DNA of 64,000 nucleotides from Takakia lepidozioides (Eukaryota; Plantae; Bryophyta): NCBI GenBank assembly GCA_030704615.1, contig CM060734.1, positions 5,208,001 to 5,272,000 of the forward strand, read 5' to 3'. Shown piece by piece: positions 35,237 to 48,119 of this stretch (position 1 is its first letter; each line of letters starts with the position of its first letter). The notes under the pieces were generated by a model. It saw only the letters and a program-made list of their open reading frames with translations, ran no database searches and was not told where the DNA came from. The position numbers and the translations under genes were made by a program.

Positions 35237-38099
35237 CACTCTTGAAGAAAGAGTATTTCTGGCCCAAACTCAGGGAGGAGGCAGAGGAGTATGTCAAGAC
35301 ATGCACGACATGCCAACAAAACCGGAGCGAGTACAAAAAGCAAGCGGGGCTGTTACAGCCCTTGCCGATTCTAGAGGGGACTTGGGAAAGCGTCTCGATG
35401 GATTTCATGACTGCTATGCCGCTATCAAAAGCATTCGATGCAATCATGGTGGTGGTGGATAGGTTCAGTAAAATGGGCCATTTCATCCTCACCAAGGAGA
35501 CGGCAATGGCGCAGAAAACAGGGCGACTTTACTTCGCCCACCTCTTCAAGCATCATGGAGTCCCGAAGGATATTGTCTCGGACCGCGATCCAAAGTTTAC
35601 GAGTAAATTTTGGAGGGCACTTTGGAAGAAGATGGGGACGAGGCTGAAGATGAGCACCGCCTTCCGACCTACGACCGACGGCCAAACAGAAAGGGTGAAT
35701 TCCGTAGTGAAGCAGATCTTGCGGAATTACGTGTCGGCAGACCAAACAGACTGGGTGGAACACTTAGACGCGGCAGAGTTCTGTTATAATAACACAGAAC
35801 ACTCCTCAACGGGAGTTTCCCCTTTCGTATTGGTCTATGGAAAAGCACCTCTGGTGCCGACAAGTTGGGCCGCCCAGGACGTTGAGGAACCGGCAGTAGC
35901 GGCGGTACTGGAAGAACGCGAGCGTTTGTTGAAGCTCGCAAAGTACAATATTGCCAAAGCTAGGAAACGGTATGAAAGGCAGGCGAATCGGAAGCGAAGG
36001 GAAGTGAAGTTTGAGGCAGGCACAGAGGTCTGGTTGAACATCAAGAAGTTCCGACTACCTCCGGAAGTGAGTCCGAAGTTCGTACCTCCGTATGCGGGAC
36101 CCTTTCGCATTCGGAAGGTTATGAATGAGGATGTGTATGAATTGGAGCTGCCGGCAAACAGTAAGGTACACCCAGTATTCCATGTATCCCTTTTGAAGCC
36201 TTACTTCAAAGATGAAGCGCATCCGAATCGGCATCAAGTGTTGCGTCCACCACCTATGCTGTTGGATCATGAAAATGAACCTGAGTACGAGGTGGAGGCA
36301 ATACTTAAGTCGAGGAGGTTCAGGAACCGAGAAACGGAGTATCTCGTCAAATGGAAGGGCTATCATCATGTGGAGGCATCTTGGGTGCGTGCCTCAGAAA
36401 TGGGAAACGCATCCGAGGCGGTTGCAGCTTTCGAAGGGCGACCTCAAAAGCGGAAGAAACGTTGATGGGGACATCAACCTTGGAGCGTGGGGGAGGAAAT
36501 GCATGCTTAGCCCGGCTTAGCTAGCTCAGGAATCCAATTGCAAAAACTTGTATTGTACAAAATTTGCTTTAAATGAAATGTTTAAAAATGTTGTGCTTCC
36601 TATTTTTGTTTGGAATGGCGATGCATGGTATGGTTGGCTAGTGTGTAGAAGGCATGCTAGCTTACAAAAGCGGGAGAGGTAAATTGGGTTAATCGTGTGT
36701 TTGCGCAGTGCCGAAATCGGGTGACTCCCATCCAAGGGGCAAGGAAACTTGCGCCTTCTTTGGGAGTTCATGTGCTAGTGCGCACCTGGCGCGTGCGCGT
36801 ACTATAACTGCGCTACCGAGGGGGTTGCCTTGTAGTGCGGGCTAACGCGGAAGCTACGTGCTTCCGTTCACGTACTTTAATTGTGTAGCCTCGGGACGAA
36901 GTCGTAGTGCGGCTTCGGCGTGTTCCCGTACCTCAGGCCAGCATTCCAAGGCGGACCCAATTGTAGAGATTGGGGCGCACGGTTGGTTCAAGGTTATCTT
37001 CCTAGTCAAAGAGGGTTCCAGGTGAACCCTTGCTCAAGGTGATGCCAAAAGCGGCATCATGAGCGATCGCAAGCAATGTTGTTGCAGTAAGGCGATTCGA
37101 TCCTCGGGGAGGATCGTTCCTTGGCCTTGAAGTAGGCCAAGAAGAGTGCACTGGGAGGAGCTGGAGAGGCTCCACCCTTGGCCGGGACTTGGAGGAAGTC
37201 GGCCGAACTAGCTAGTGGAGAGTAGAGTCAAGTGTGGGGTTTGGTTCTTTGCCATGAGACGCCATGGTACGGAAACAAACTCCTTGATGTGGGACGCCAC
37301 AACTTGGATGTTCGTTTCTACAAAATGAACAAGTCGATGAGGACATCGACTCCCTGTTGGTAGGGGTGTGTGTCGCGGCCCTTTGCCTTGAGGGCAAGGG
37401 GGTCAGGACACATGAGGGGTTGCCCCTGTGGTGGGGGCAGCGGCAGCGATAGGTATGGGGGGCTGAAGCACCCTTGAGTGCCCAAGGCACCCAAGGAGGC
37501 GGAGGCACTCACTAGGTAGAGCCCCGCACACCGGGTTGCGGTGGGGGTCGCTCCACAAGGGGTGGTGGTAGCTTAGCGGGACTTAGTGGGGGTGGCATAG
37601 GACTCACCATGGGGGCGGAGACCTCGTGGCGGGAGTCATGGGGAGTCTTGGGACTCATCACAGTCCATAGGGGCCGTAGTGAGTGGGCCAAGACTCACCG
37701 CGACTCATCACCGGGAGTCGAGGGTTTTCGTGGTGGTTCGCCATAAAATGGCATGGCTGGTTGTGAAACCCCCGCGGACAGCTATAGAAGTATATATAAG
37801 GGGAGTAGTGACCCCGAGAACGGTGCAAGCCCGTTGGTGACCAAAAACTAGTGAGTAAGCGAGCGAGCCGGAAAACGACCAAAGAGTGGGGAGCTGTTCC
37901 GGACTGCCATCTACCAAAGGGAATTCTCCTAGTCCCAAATAGGTGGAGGGTTTAGTGGGAAGCGAAGGGGGACCGTTATGTCCCGGTGAGCAGCCGAAGC
38001 TCCAAGTTGGCCCGGGCGGCCAGGTTGGGAGTCAGGCGCGCGCATCAAAGCGAGTAACTATGACTTGAAGGGGAGCTTATCAAAGTGAGGTGCGCGACA
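35237..38099 (+). mobile_element. Chromovirus copy 2: 3' part (integrase-chromodomain, 3' UTR, LTR 37371-38099)
   Basis: ORF 35242..36465 is nearly identical to copy 1 integrase; PPT and TGTCGC...GCGACA LTR present. Confidence 0.93.
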
Positions 38100-41000
38100 T
38101 GGAGTTGGAGCAATACTTCCGGGCGGCCAAGTTGAATGATGAGGATCGGGTGGAAGTGGCTCCCACCTATTTCAGGGGCTATGCTCAACAATGGTGGCAG
38201 AAGCGCCTTCATGACCAAGGTCCAAACCCAGAAACCTTGAGCTGGAGTGGGTTCAAGGAGCTTATGAAAAGACAGTTTGTGCCCCTCAACGCGTCCTGGC
38301 TCGCCCGGGACAAGATGAGGAATTTGAAGCAAATGGATGACATTCGGGGATATGTTCAGGCTTTCAATGTGTTGTTGCTCAAAATCGCGGATATGGCGGA
38401 ACCAAAAATGGTCTTCAATTTTGTAGCGGGACTGGCCCCATGGGCCAGGCGGAAGTTGGAGGAGAAACCACCTAAGACTTTGAACGAGGCAATCGAAAGG
38501 GCTGAATGTTTCTCGGATGTCCCTAGGGGCAAAAGACAAGGCCGTACGGAGCTGAACCACAAGAAGGCCCGGCGGGAGGGTGACTCCTTCCAACCGGAAA
38601 AGAAGTGGGATAGGCCGCGTGACGACAATGGCACATGGAAATCGAAGGGAGGGCCTTCACACATCAAAGCGGCACTTGGTGCTCCGAAAGGAAAATCAGA
38701 TACGGCGGCTTATGGCGGACAAAAGACGACCTTTGATGGAGTGTGCTTTAATTGCGGGGAGCCCGGGCACATGGCCAAGAAGTGCGCGAAACCCCGACAA
38801 TTGAACATGACTCGGGCGACCACAGAGATGTCCGAAGATTCCATCAGCCGCTTGGTGAAGGCGGTAGTCGCCAAGACTTGCAAGGTAGGCAACTACTCTT
38901 GTGAGTTGTATCAGGAGACTGGCCCCTTGCGTAAAGGGAGTCAGTTAATGTTCGTGAGTGGGATAATTTCCGGAACTAACGTGTCGTAGTTTGTGGACAC
39001 AGGAGCGTCGCACTCCTTCATGACACCGGCAACGGCACGGAAGCTGGGGCTCCCGACAAGTGATGTGGGGGCCTCTATTGAAGTGCGTTCTGCCAAATGA
39101 GAACCACAACTGGCGACGAGGTTGGCGTTCGATGTTCCTCTTCAGCTCGGGAGTTGGGAGGGATGTGAGAACTTCACCATTTGCGAGATCGATGGAGTGG
39201 ATCTCATTTTGGAGATGACCTTTTTGAGCAAATCCGGAGCGGTCATAGATGGTTGCAAGAGAATAGTCACGCTACCGTGTGGGAATGGTGGCAAAGTTTT
39301 ACGGGTGTCAAAAACGCCCAACCGAGTGGGAGGGCGAATAAACCTGCTGACAGCAAAGGAGTGGGCAGTGGAGGAGCCACACGAGCCCCAATTTTTGCTT
39401 TACGTAAGACAAGTGGAAGGAGAAGTCGATAGGGAGCCTAGTCCAGATTGGATCAAGAGGATCCTGGAGAAATACCAGGATGTGATGCCGGAGGATTTAC
39501 CAAACGGCTTGCCACCGCGAAGAGGAGTTGACCACAAGATAGAGGTGATACCGGGATCGGAGCCGCCTGCCAAGGCGCCATACCAGTTGAGCCACAAAGA
39601 GTTGGTTGAGCTGAAGGCCCAGCTCAAGGATCTAATGTCAAAGGGGTACATCCGGCCGAATAAGTCACCTTACGGAGCCCCGGTGCTATTCGCACACAAG
39701 AAGGATGGGACGGTGCGGATGTCTGTCGATTACAGGGCTCTGAATAAGGTGACTATAAAAAACCGGTACCCTTTGCCAAGGATCGACGTCCTCTTTGATT
39801 GGTTGGCAGGAGCAAAGTATTTCAGCCGGATCGATTTGCGCTTAGGTTACCATCAAATCCAAGTGGCGGAAGGAGATGAGGAGAAGACCGCGTGCAGGAC
39901 AAGATATGGTTCATATGAGTTCTTGGTGATGCCTTTTAGGTTCACCAACGCACCCGTGACCTTTAGCACGCTAATGAACAGCCTTTTCCAGGAGTGGTTG
40001 GATGACTTTGTGATCGTGTACATTGACGACATTTTGTTGTACTCAAAAACAAAGGACGAGCACCTGGAGCACCTCAAAAGGGTGTTCCAAAAATTGTGGG
40101 AAGGGAAGCTATATGCCAAAGCTTCAAAATGCGAATTCAGGGTCACAAAAGTGGAGTTCCTAGGGCATGTGATTACACATGATAGGATCAAAATGGATGA
40201 CAGAAAGGTGATGGCGATCTTGGACTGGGAGCCTACGACTTCGGTCCCGGGAGTGTGATCCTTCCTAGGACTCGCCTCCTATTACCGAAAGTATGTGAGA
40301 AATTTCGCCAAGATCGCGGGGCCGATGTCAGACCTTCCGTGTAAGTCCAAGGTATGGGTATGGAACACATTCTGTGGCCAAGCTTTTGCCGAGTTGAAGC
40401 AGCGGATGGCGGAAGCTCCAGTCCTAAAAATCCCGGAGTTCGACCGTCCATTTGAGATTCATACAGATGCGTCGGACTTCGCAATTGGGGGTGTGCTCAT
40501 GCAGGATGGACGTCCAGTGGCTTACAAAAGTAAGAAAGTGAATGAAGTGGAGCGACGGTGGCCTACACACGAGAAAGAAATGAAGGCGGTGGTGCATTGC
40601 CTTGAGCTTTGGCGCCACTATGTTGGTTCTAACCCGGTGAAAGTGTTCACGGACAATGTCACAGTGAAGTATTTTGCCACGCAGCCTAAATTGTCCCCAA
40701 AACAACTTAGGTGGCAAGACACTTTGGCAATGTTCGACGTGGATATCCAGTACAAACCGGGACGGGACAATGTGGTGGCCGATGCTTTAAGTAGAAAGCA
40801 GCAGCTCATGTTGGTGTATAGGGGCGAGACAGCGCTCTAAAGGAAGATCCGGAAGGCTTACCGGAAGGATGAGATGGCGAAGTCCGTGATGCAGGACTTG
40901 AGGTTGGGGGTTAAATCGCAGTTCCACTTGCACAATAGACTGCTCCGATACAAGCAAAAGCGTCTCTACTTGCCGAAGGAAGGGATTAGAGATAGTCTCT

Positions 41001-44000
41001 TGAGATAATGCCACGATGGCCCGCTTGCGGGTCACGGCGGAGCCAAGCGCACCGCGGCACTCTTGAAGAAAGAGTATTTCTGGCCCAAACTGAGGGAGGA
41101 GGTCGAGGAGTATGTCAAGACATGCACCACATGCCAACAAAACCGGAACGAGTACAAAAAGCAAGCGGGGCTATTACAACCCTTGTCGATTCCAAAGGGG
41201 TCTTGGGAAAGTGTCTCGATGGATTTCGTGACTGCTTTGCCGCTGTCAAAAGGATTCGATGCAATCATGGTGGTGGTGGATAGGTTCAGTAAAATGGGCC
41301 ATTTCATCCCCACCAAGGAGACGGCAACAGCGCAGGAGACGGGGCGACTTTACTTCGCCCACCTCTTCAAGCATCATGGACTCTCAAAGGATATTGTCTC
41401 GGACCGCGATCCAAAGTTTACAAGTAAATTTTGGAGAACACTTTGGAGGAAAATGGGGACGAGGCTCAAGATGAGCACGGCCTTCCGACCTACAACGGAT
41501 GGCCAAACGGAAAGAGTGAATTCCGTGGTGAAGCAGATCTTGCGGAATTATGTGTCAGCAGACCAGTCAGACTGGGTGGAGCACTTGGATGCGGCAGAGT
41601 TCTGTTATAATAACACAAAACACTTCGCAACGGGAGTTTCCCCTTTCGTATTGGTCTATGGAAAAGCACCTCTGGTGCCGACAAGTTGGGCCGCCCAAGA
41701 CGGTGAGGAGCCGGCAGCAGCAGCGGTGCTGGAAGAACGCGAGCGTTTGTTGGAGCTCGCAAAGTACAACATTGCCAAAGCTAGGAAATGGTATGAACGG
41801 CAGGCGAATCGGAAGCGGAGGGAAGTTAAGTTTGAGGCAGGCACGGAGGTCTGGTTGAACATCAAGAATTTTTTACTACCTCCGGAAGTGAGTCCAAAGT
41901 TCGTACCTCTGTATGCGGGGCCCTTTTGCATTCGGAAGGTTATGAATGAGGATGTGTATGAATTGGAGCTGCCGTCAAACAGCAAGGTGTATCCGGTATT
42001 CCACTTTTCCTTTTTGAAGCCTTACTTCAAAGATGAAGCGCGTCTGAATCGGCATCAAGTGTTGCGTCCGCCACCTGTGCTGTTGGATCATGAAAATGAA
42101 CCTAAGTACGAGGTGGAGGCGGTGCTTAAGTCGAGGAGGTTCAAGAATCGAGAAACGGAGTATCTCGTGAAATGGAAGGGCTATCATCAAGTGGAGGCAC
42201 CTTGGGTGCGTGCCTCAGAAATGGGAAACGCATCCGAGGCGGTTGCAGCTTTCGAAGGGCGACCTCAAAAGCGGAAGAAGCGTTGATGGGGACATCAACC
42301 TTGGATTGTGGGGGAGGAAATGCATGCTTAGTCCGGCTTAGCTAGCTCAGGAATCCGATTGCAAAAACTTGTGTTGTACAAATTTTGTTTATAAATGAAA
42401 TGGAATTCAAATGTTGTGCGACCTATTTTGTTTGGAATGGTAATGCATGGTATGGTTGGCTAGTGTGTAGAATGCATGCTAGCTTACAAAAGTGGGAGAG
42501 GTAAATTGGATTAATCGTGTGTTTGCGCAGTGCCAAAATCAGGTGACTCCCATCCAAGGGGCAAGGAAACTTGCGCCTTCTTTGGGAGTTCACGTGCTAG
42601 TGCGCAACCGGCGCGTGCGCGTACTATAACTGCGCTACCGAGGGGATTGCCTTGTAGTGCGGGCTAACGCGGAAGCTACGTGCTTCCGTTCACGTACTAT
42701 AATCGTGTAGCCTCGGGACAAAGTCGTAGTGCGGCTTCGGCGTGTTCCCGTACCTCAGGCCAGCATAGAAACAAGTGGCGTTCCATGGGCATACATGCTC
42801 ACCGCCCGTGCTATCTTGATTGGATCCCCAGATCTGTTTGCAGCACGCAACATCGACTCCCATTTGTCCGGACCCTTGCCACCAACCCCACCTCGTACGG
42901 ACCCAATTGTAGTGATTGGGGTGCACGGTTGGTTCAAGGTTATCTTCCTAGTAAAAAATGGTTCAAGGTGAACCCTTACTCAAGGTGATGCCAAAAAGCG
43001 GCATCACGAGCGGTCGCAAGCAATGTTGTTGCAGTAAGGCGACTGGATCCCTGGGGAGGATCGTTCCTTGGCCTTGAAGTGGGCCAAGAAGAGTGCACTG
43101 GGTGGAGCTTGAGAGGCTCCACCCTTGGCCGGGACTTGGAGGAAGTCGGCCGAACTAGCTAGTGGAGAGTAGACTCAAGTGGGGGTTTGGTTCTTTGCCA
43201 TGGGACGCCATGGTACGGAAACAAACTCCTTGATGTGGGATGCCACAACTTGGATGTTAGTTTCTACAAAATGGACAAGTCAATGAGGACATCGACTCCT
43301 TGTTGGTAGGGGTGTGTGTCGCGGCCCTTTGCCTTGAGGGCAGGGGGTCAGGACACAAGAGGGGTTGCCCCTGTGGTGGGGGCAATGGCAACAATAGGTA
43401 TGGGGCTGAAGCACCCTTGAGTGCCCAAGGCACTCAAGGAGGCAGAGGCACTCACTAGGTGGAGCCCTGCACACCGGGTTGCGGTGGGGGTGGTTCCATG
43501 AGGGGTGATGGTAGCTTAGTGGGTCTTAGTGGGGGTGGCATAGGACTCACCATGGGGCGGAGACCTTGTGGTGGGAGTCGTTGGGAGTCTTGGGACTCAT
43601 CGGACTCATCACGGTCCATTAGGGCCGTGGTGGGTGGGCCAAGACTCACCGCGTCTCATCACCGGGAGTCAAGGGTCTTCGTGGTGGTTCGCCATAAAAG
43701 GACGGTGTTGTTTGTGAAACCCTCGCGGACAGTCACAGAAGTATATATAGGGAGTAGTAACCCCGAGAACGGTGCAAGCCCGTTGGTGACCAAAAACTAG
43801 TGAGTAAGCGTGCGAGCCGGAAAGTGACCAAGGTGTGGGGAGCTGTTCCGGACTGCCAACAACCAAAGGGAATTTCCACTAGGCCCAAAGTGAGCGAGGG
43901 TCTTGTGGAGGAGCAGAGGGGGACCATTATGTCCCGGTGAGCAGCTAAAGCTCTGAGTTGGCCCGGCGGCCAGTTTGGGAGTTAGGCACGCGCATCAAAG

Positions 44001-44049
44001 CGAGTAACTATGACTTGAAGGGGAGCTTACCGAAGTGAGGTATGCGACA
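38100..44049 (+). mobile_element. Chromovirus copy 3: 5'-truncated, more decayed, gag-pol pseudogene 38100-42286, LTR 43317-44049
   Basis: Starts mid-gag ([10 protein letters not shown]). In-frame stops near 38987, 39098, 40256, 40838 and 41006; chromodomain present; LTR more diverged. Confidence 0.93.
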
Positions 44050-44235
44050 CTTTCTCATCCGTAACCACCTCTCCCGCCCTTCCTCTCACCATTACCACTC
44101 CGACAAGAACCTTATATCCGCCATTGCCCATCTTGCCATCTCCTTAGACCAACCCATATACTTCATTAAAGTCCGCTCCCACACCGGCATCACCGGTAAC
44201 GACATGGCCGACTTCTTCGCCCAAAAAGGGGCTGG
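44050..44235 (+). pseudogene. RNase HI C-terminal fragment (non-LTR-type or cellular-type)
   Basis: IYFIKVRSHTGITGNDMADFFAQKG matches the K/WVxxHxGxxGNExAD motif. Confidence 0.75.
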
Positions 44236-47200
44236 GGGTATCGGCATAGTTGGCAACGTGACAGGCGTGATATCGGCCTTCTTAGGACTCATATTTTTGA
44301 CGATAGGTTCCATCGGTAGCAGCTTGCGCTGTCTTGTTATCACTGCTTTAACAATTGGAGGTTCCCTATCTGAAGAAACATATCAAGTCGCTGGTTGCAT
44401 CTGCTCTGTGCCCATTTTGGCTTTCCCCTTAAGATCCGTTGGCATAATAGCTCTATCGAATAACAAGGTAGCCTCTTCGCAATTCTGTTCTTCAAAGCAA
44501 TCCTGCACCTGAAGCCAATTAACAGGTCAAGTTGAAGTAGAAGGCCCAAAAGAATGTGCAGGTCCTTCTGCAGATGTAACAACTCACCTGCTGAATCAAC
44601 TAGCCCCGAAAAATGGATGGCGCTGAAGCGCGCGACCTACACCCGGCCATTGGGGCAAGTGCGAGGGTATTAGATCCTGTGGGTGGTGGTGCCGATTGGG
44701 GTTGCTGATGTAAAGGAGCTTGTGGATATGGACTATTGCATTGCACCGCTGTATGTCCTTGGCCACCACAACAACCACATAATGGTATATAATCGACAGG
44801 GGCTTTGGGATAAGGACATTCATTGGCAATATGTCCGATCTCATGGCAACAATAGCAAACAGGATATTGACCATTCCTCAATCGCCGAGCAGGCGGACGA
44901 TAAGAAGAATTGGGCTATTGTGGATACATCTGCTGCTACTGGCCACCCCCATAGGTTTGGCCACAGGCACCCTGAGATGGTATTCCCCTCATTTGCTGTC
45001 AAGCATGCTGATTAGCCGGCTGATACCAGCTCTATGGCCCTCGGGTTGGTCTCCATGGTTGCTAACTCTGGGGAGGTTGATCAGACCATTGAACTGTTGT
45101 ATTCTGATTGGCAGGTGATGGGGTTAACCCAATCTGATTGACATCCCATCCAATTCTTTGGTTATTCTTGATTGGAGTCAATCCCATGGCCGATTGCAAA
45201 TGCCAACACTGTAATATCACATGTCCTGCCTTACCACAATAACCACATTTAGCACCAGCTCCATTAGTGGGATTGGTCACTGGGGCCAATGGGCACTCAT
45301 TGGCAAGATGCCCATGGACCTGACAATTAGAACACCACATATTGGTTCTCTGATTATTTGGCTTTGGCCTCCCCTCTCTCTTAGAGGCCAATTGTATGGA
45401 GAGTTCTTCCATCCGTTTTGTTAATGCAGCAATCTGTCCTTCTTGCGGGTCAATTACTACCCCAGTTGATAATTGGTTCTGTAGATACATTCCCACAGTA
45501 GACTGAGCTGGAGAGGGGAACATAGTCACTGGCACTGGCAATGCTTGTGGGGCCCAACTGAATAAGCATTGACATTAATGGTTTCCCATAGCTTTGCCCG
45601 ATTGATTGCCGCATGTAAATCTGCAGGAATACCTTCTTTAACAAAACGTTTCAGCTCTGCTGAGGACAACCCTTCTACAAATAGACCTATCTGCATATGG
45701 TTGGGAATGTTATGATTGTTCCATCGCCGAAGAATATCCTCTAGGCGACCTGCAAAAGAATCTACCGACTCGCCTGTCACCATATGGAGTTTTGTCAATT
45801 GCTCCCGTAGGCGATCGGTGAAACCCAAGGGTCGAAATGTGTGAGGAAAGCTGTCTTTAAGGAATTCCAATCGGGAAATGCTCCATGCTGCTGCCGATCA
45901 TACCATTGAAATGCTAACTCATGTAAAGTGGCAGGGAACATCGTCAACCAACAGAATTCCGTCCTGGCATTATTAGCAATACAAGCTGTCATAAATATAG
46001 CCAAATGGCGGTCGGGATCTGACCCTTGAAGCCCTGTAAACTATGGCATGGGTGATACATTGACGGTTCTAACATTGGGTCCTCCCACGTTCACCACCAC
46101 TGGGATTGATTGAAGAGCGGCCGTGATCAGTACAGTCGCCATTGGTGCTGGTACAATAGATGGTACAATAGGTAGTGCGGGGGGTGCAATAGGGGGCACG
46201 TTAGGTGGTGCCGATGCAGCTATCTGTGCGGCTAATAATGCACGTCGTGCTATTCGCACTGCCAATCGATCGGCCCTGGCCTTAGCCTGATGCTCCGCTC
46301 TCACGGGGATTCCTTCATTCCCCATAACCCCTTCTTCTTTATTGAGAAAACAAGGCGTAAATTGCAATAAGGACATAGTTTCAAACCAGGTGGGGGAACC
46401 TTACTATTACGAATGACTTCCCCTGTCATCTCGTATTCCTTCAACAAAAAGTAGGTATCGTGAAAATTTATTAAATCATCACTATGGCAAACCGCATCGT
46501 CTTTCCCCGGCAACAGCGCCAAAAAGATGTAGAATAAAACTATAATCAACCCTAAAGAAAAGGATCGACCAGTCTAGAGTTCATTCGCTGGGGAAAGCAC
46601 TATACGACTGCAAAATAATGATGCTATACTACTCTATTTCTCCTCATTCTCTCTACAGAGAGTTTTCTACCACTACTTGCCTCAATCTAAAGCAATTCAG
46701 ACCCTTCCAGTTTCAATGATATTCCCTCCATCTTCTATTAACTCTATTCCATTAACTGAAATTAAATACCATTGTTCATCTAATTCTCTCCTCCAGTAAT
46801 CTGCCTGATACAGGGTCAATAGCTCTCGACACCATCCTTTATTCACAAGCCATAGATTGATTATCTATCTTCCCTACATCGCACTCTTTTAAAGATATAT
46901 ATCGACAGACTATTAGGTAATCCAGTAATTAATTCTATGGGGTTCTCCATTCCTTCTCCACACAACATCCTTGATTATGCTTCACCACCAATCTTGTTTC
47001 TTCAGTTCCTTCAAGGATTTTCCCTCACCAAAGGTATTGTTCCATTCTCTCATAAGTTCTGGATAGCCTTTAAAAAGGTCTATACCATGTCTGCAACCAA
47101 CTGTGCCTCCAATAACAACTCATGTATAGAATTGATAACTCCCTGTGCTAACCTCTATTGACTAATTGTAATAAAAATACTTCTTTATCGCTACAACAGA

Positions 47201-48119
47201 GCTTCTGAAAGATTATTATCGATAGATGATCTGGTAATCCGGTGATCAACTCTGATAATTCTTTTATTCTCTCATCATTGCTCTCTGCCATACAAGTAGT
47301 TTTACTTCACTGTTATTCTCTTCCAATTAATCCAATCGAAGTCTTTCTATCTTCAAATCCTTAATCTGCTCCTTCATGAACTCTGGATAACCATCCAAAG
47401 GACAGCACCACATATTAATCCACTTCTAATTGACGATGTTTATATAGAATTGATAATTCCTTTCTCCAGGCTTTACTCACACTTCCTATTCGAACTAACT
47501 CTGCCTCATTGCAGGATAAACTCTTAAATATCCGAATCGATATTTCTCTGGGTAAACCAGGAATTAATTCCCGCTCAGAATCTTTATCTTCTCCATTTGT
47601 GCACATTCTCACTCTCTCACATGATTATAATTCTTCAACCACTACATTCAGAATCAGATTCTCATTTCATTATTCCATAACCCAAAGTGAATTGAACTTC
47701 TTTTTTCTCCTTCTTCTCTTCTATTCATTCACAAACACAACATCACAAGAATGCAGTACTAATCTACCATTGAAGAATAACTCTATCTTCTAACTCCTAC
47801 TCACTCTACTCTGCTTTGCGCTACTCTCCGGTCATGGCTCTCTGGCTCAACTGACACCGTCTGCTTCACATGAACGTAATATATAGCAGAGTGTTCCAAC
47901 AACTTTAATAAACCGCTCAACCTCTTCTATCCATCCTCTATAATCATTCATCCATTTCTTCTATCATCCAGTCAAGGATAGACTATCGGCTGCATACAAA
48001 ATATCGAGGAACACTGCTCTATCGCAGCAATATCGATGATATCACAAAGTATATCAATAGAAAAATACATTAAAAAGTTTTAAAATCGTAGCTTCGCTAG
48101 TAATTCCTATTATTCTACA
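44236..48119 (-). mobile_element. Truncated Ty3/gypsy element: 5' LTR (48119-46528), Asp-type PBS, degenerate gag
   Basis: LTR has perfect 10-bp inverted ends TGTAGAATAA...TTATTCTACA. PBS TGGCGCTGTTGCCGGGGA at 46521-46504. Gag reads FTGLQGSDPDRHL..MFPATLHELAFQWY with four CCHC knuckles; pol is absent. Confidence 0.85.
46800..47612 (-). pseudogene. Three tandem F-box-like modules (~320-bp period) inside the LTR
   Basis: ELIPGLPREISIRIFKSL..VSKAWRKELSILY (47612-47415); ELITGLPDHLSIIIFQKL..LVNRG*HRELSILY (from 47291); ELITGLPNSLSIYIFKRV../LVNKGWCRELLTLY (from 46950). Confidence 0.75.

Noticed and set aside
47393-47410. PBS-like TGGTGCTGTCC on the minus strand
   Set aside because: It lies within an F-box repeat unit; a better Asp-type PBS and perfect LTR inverted ends occur at 46504-46537.
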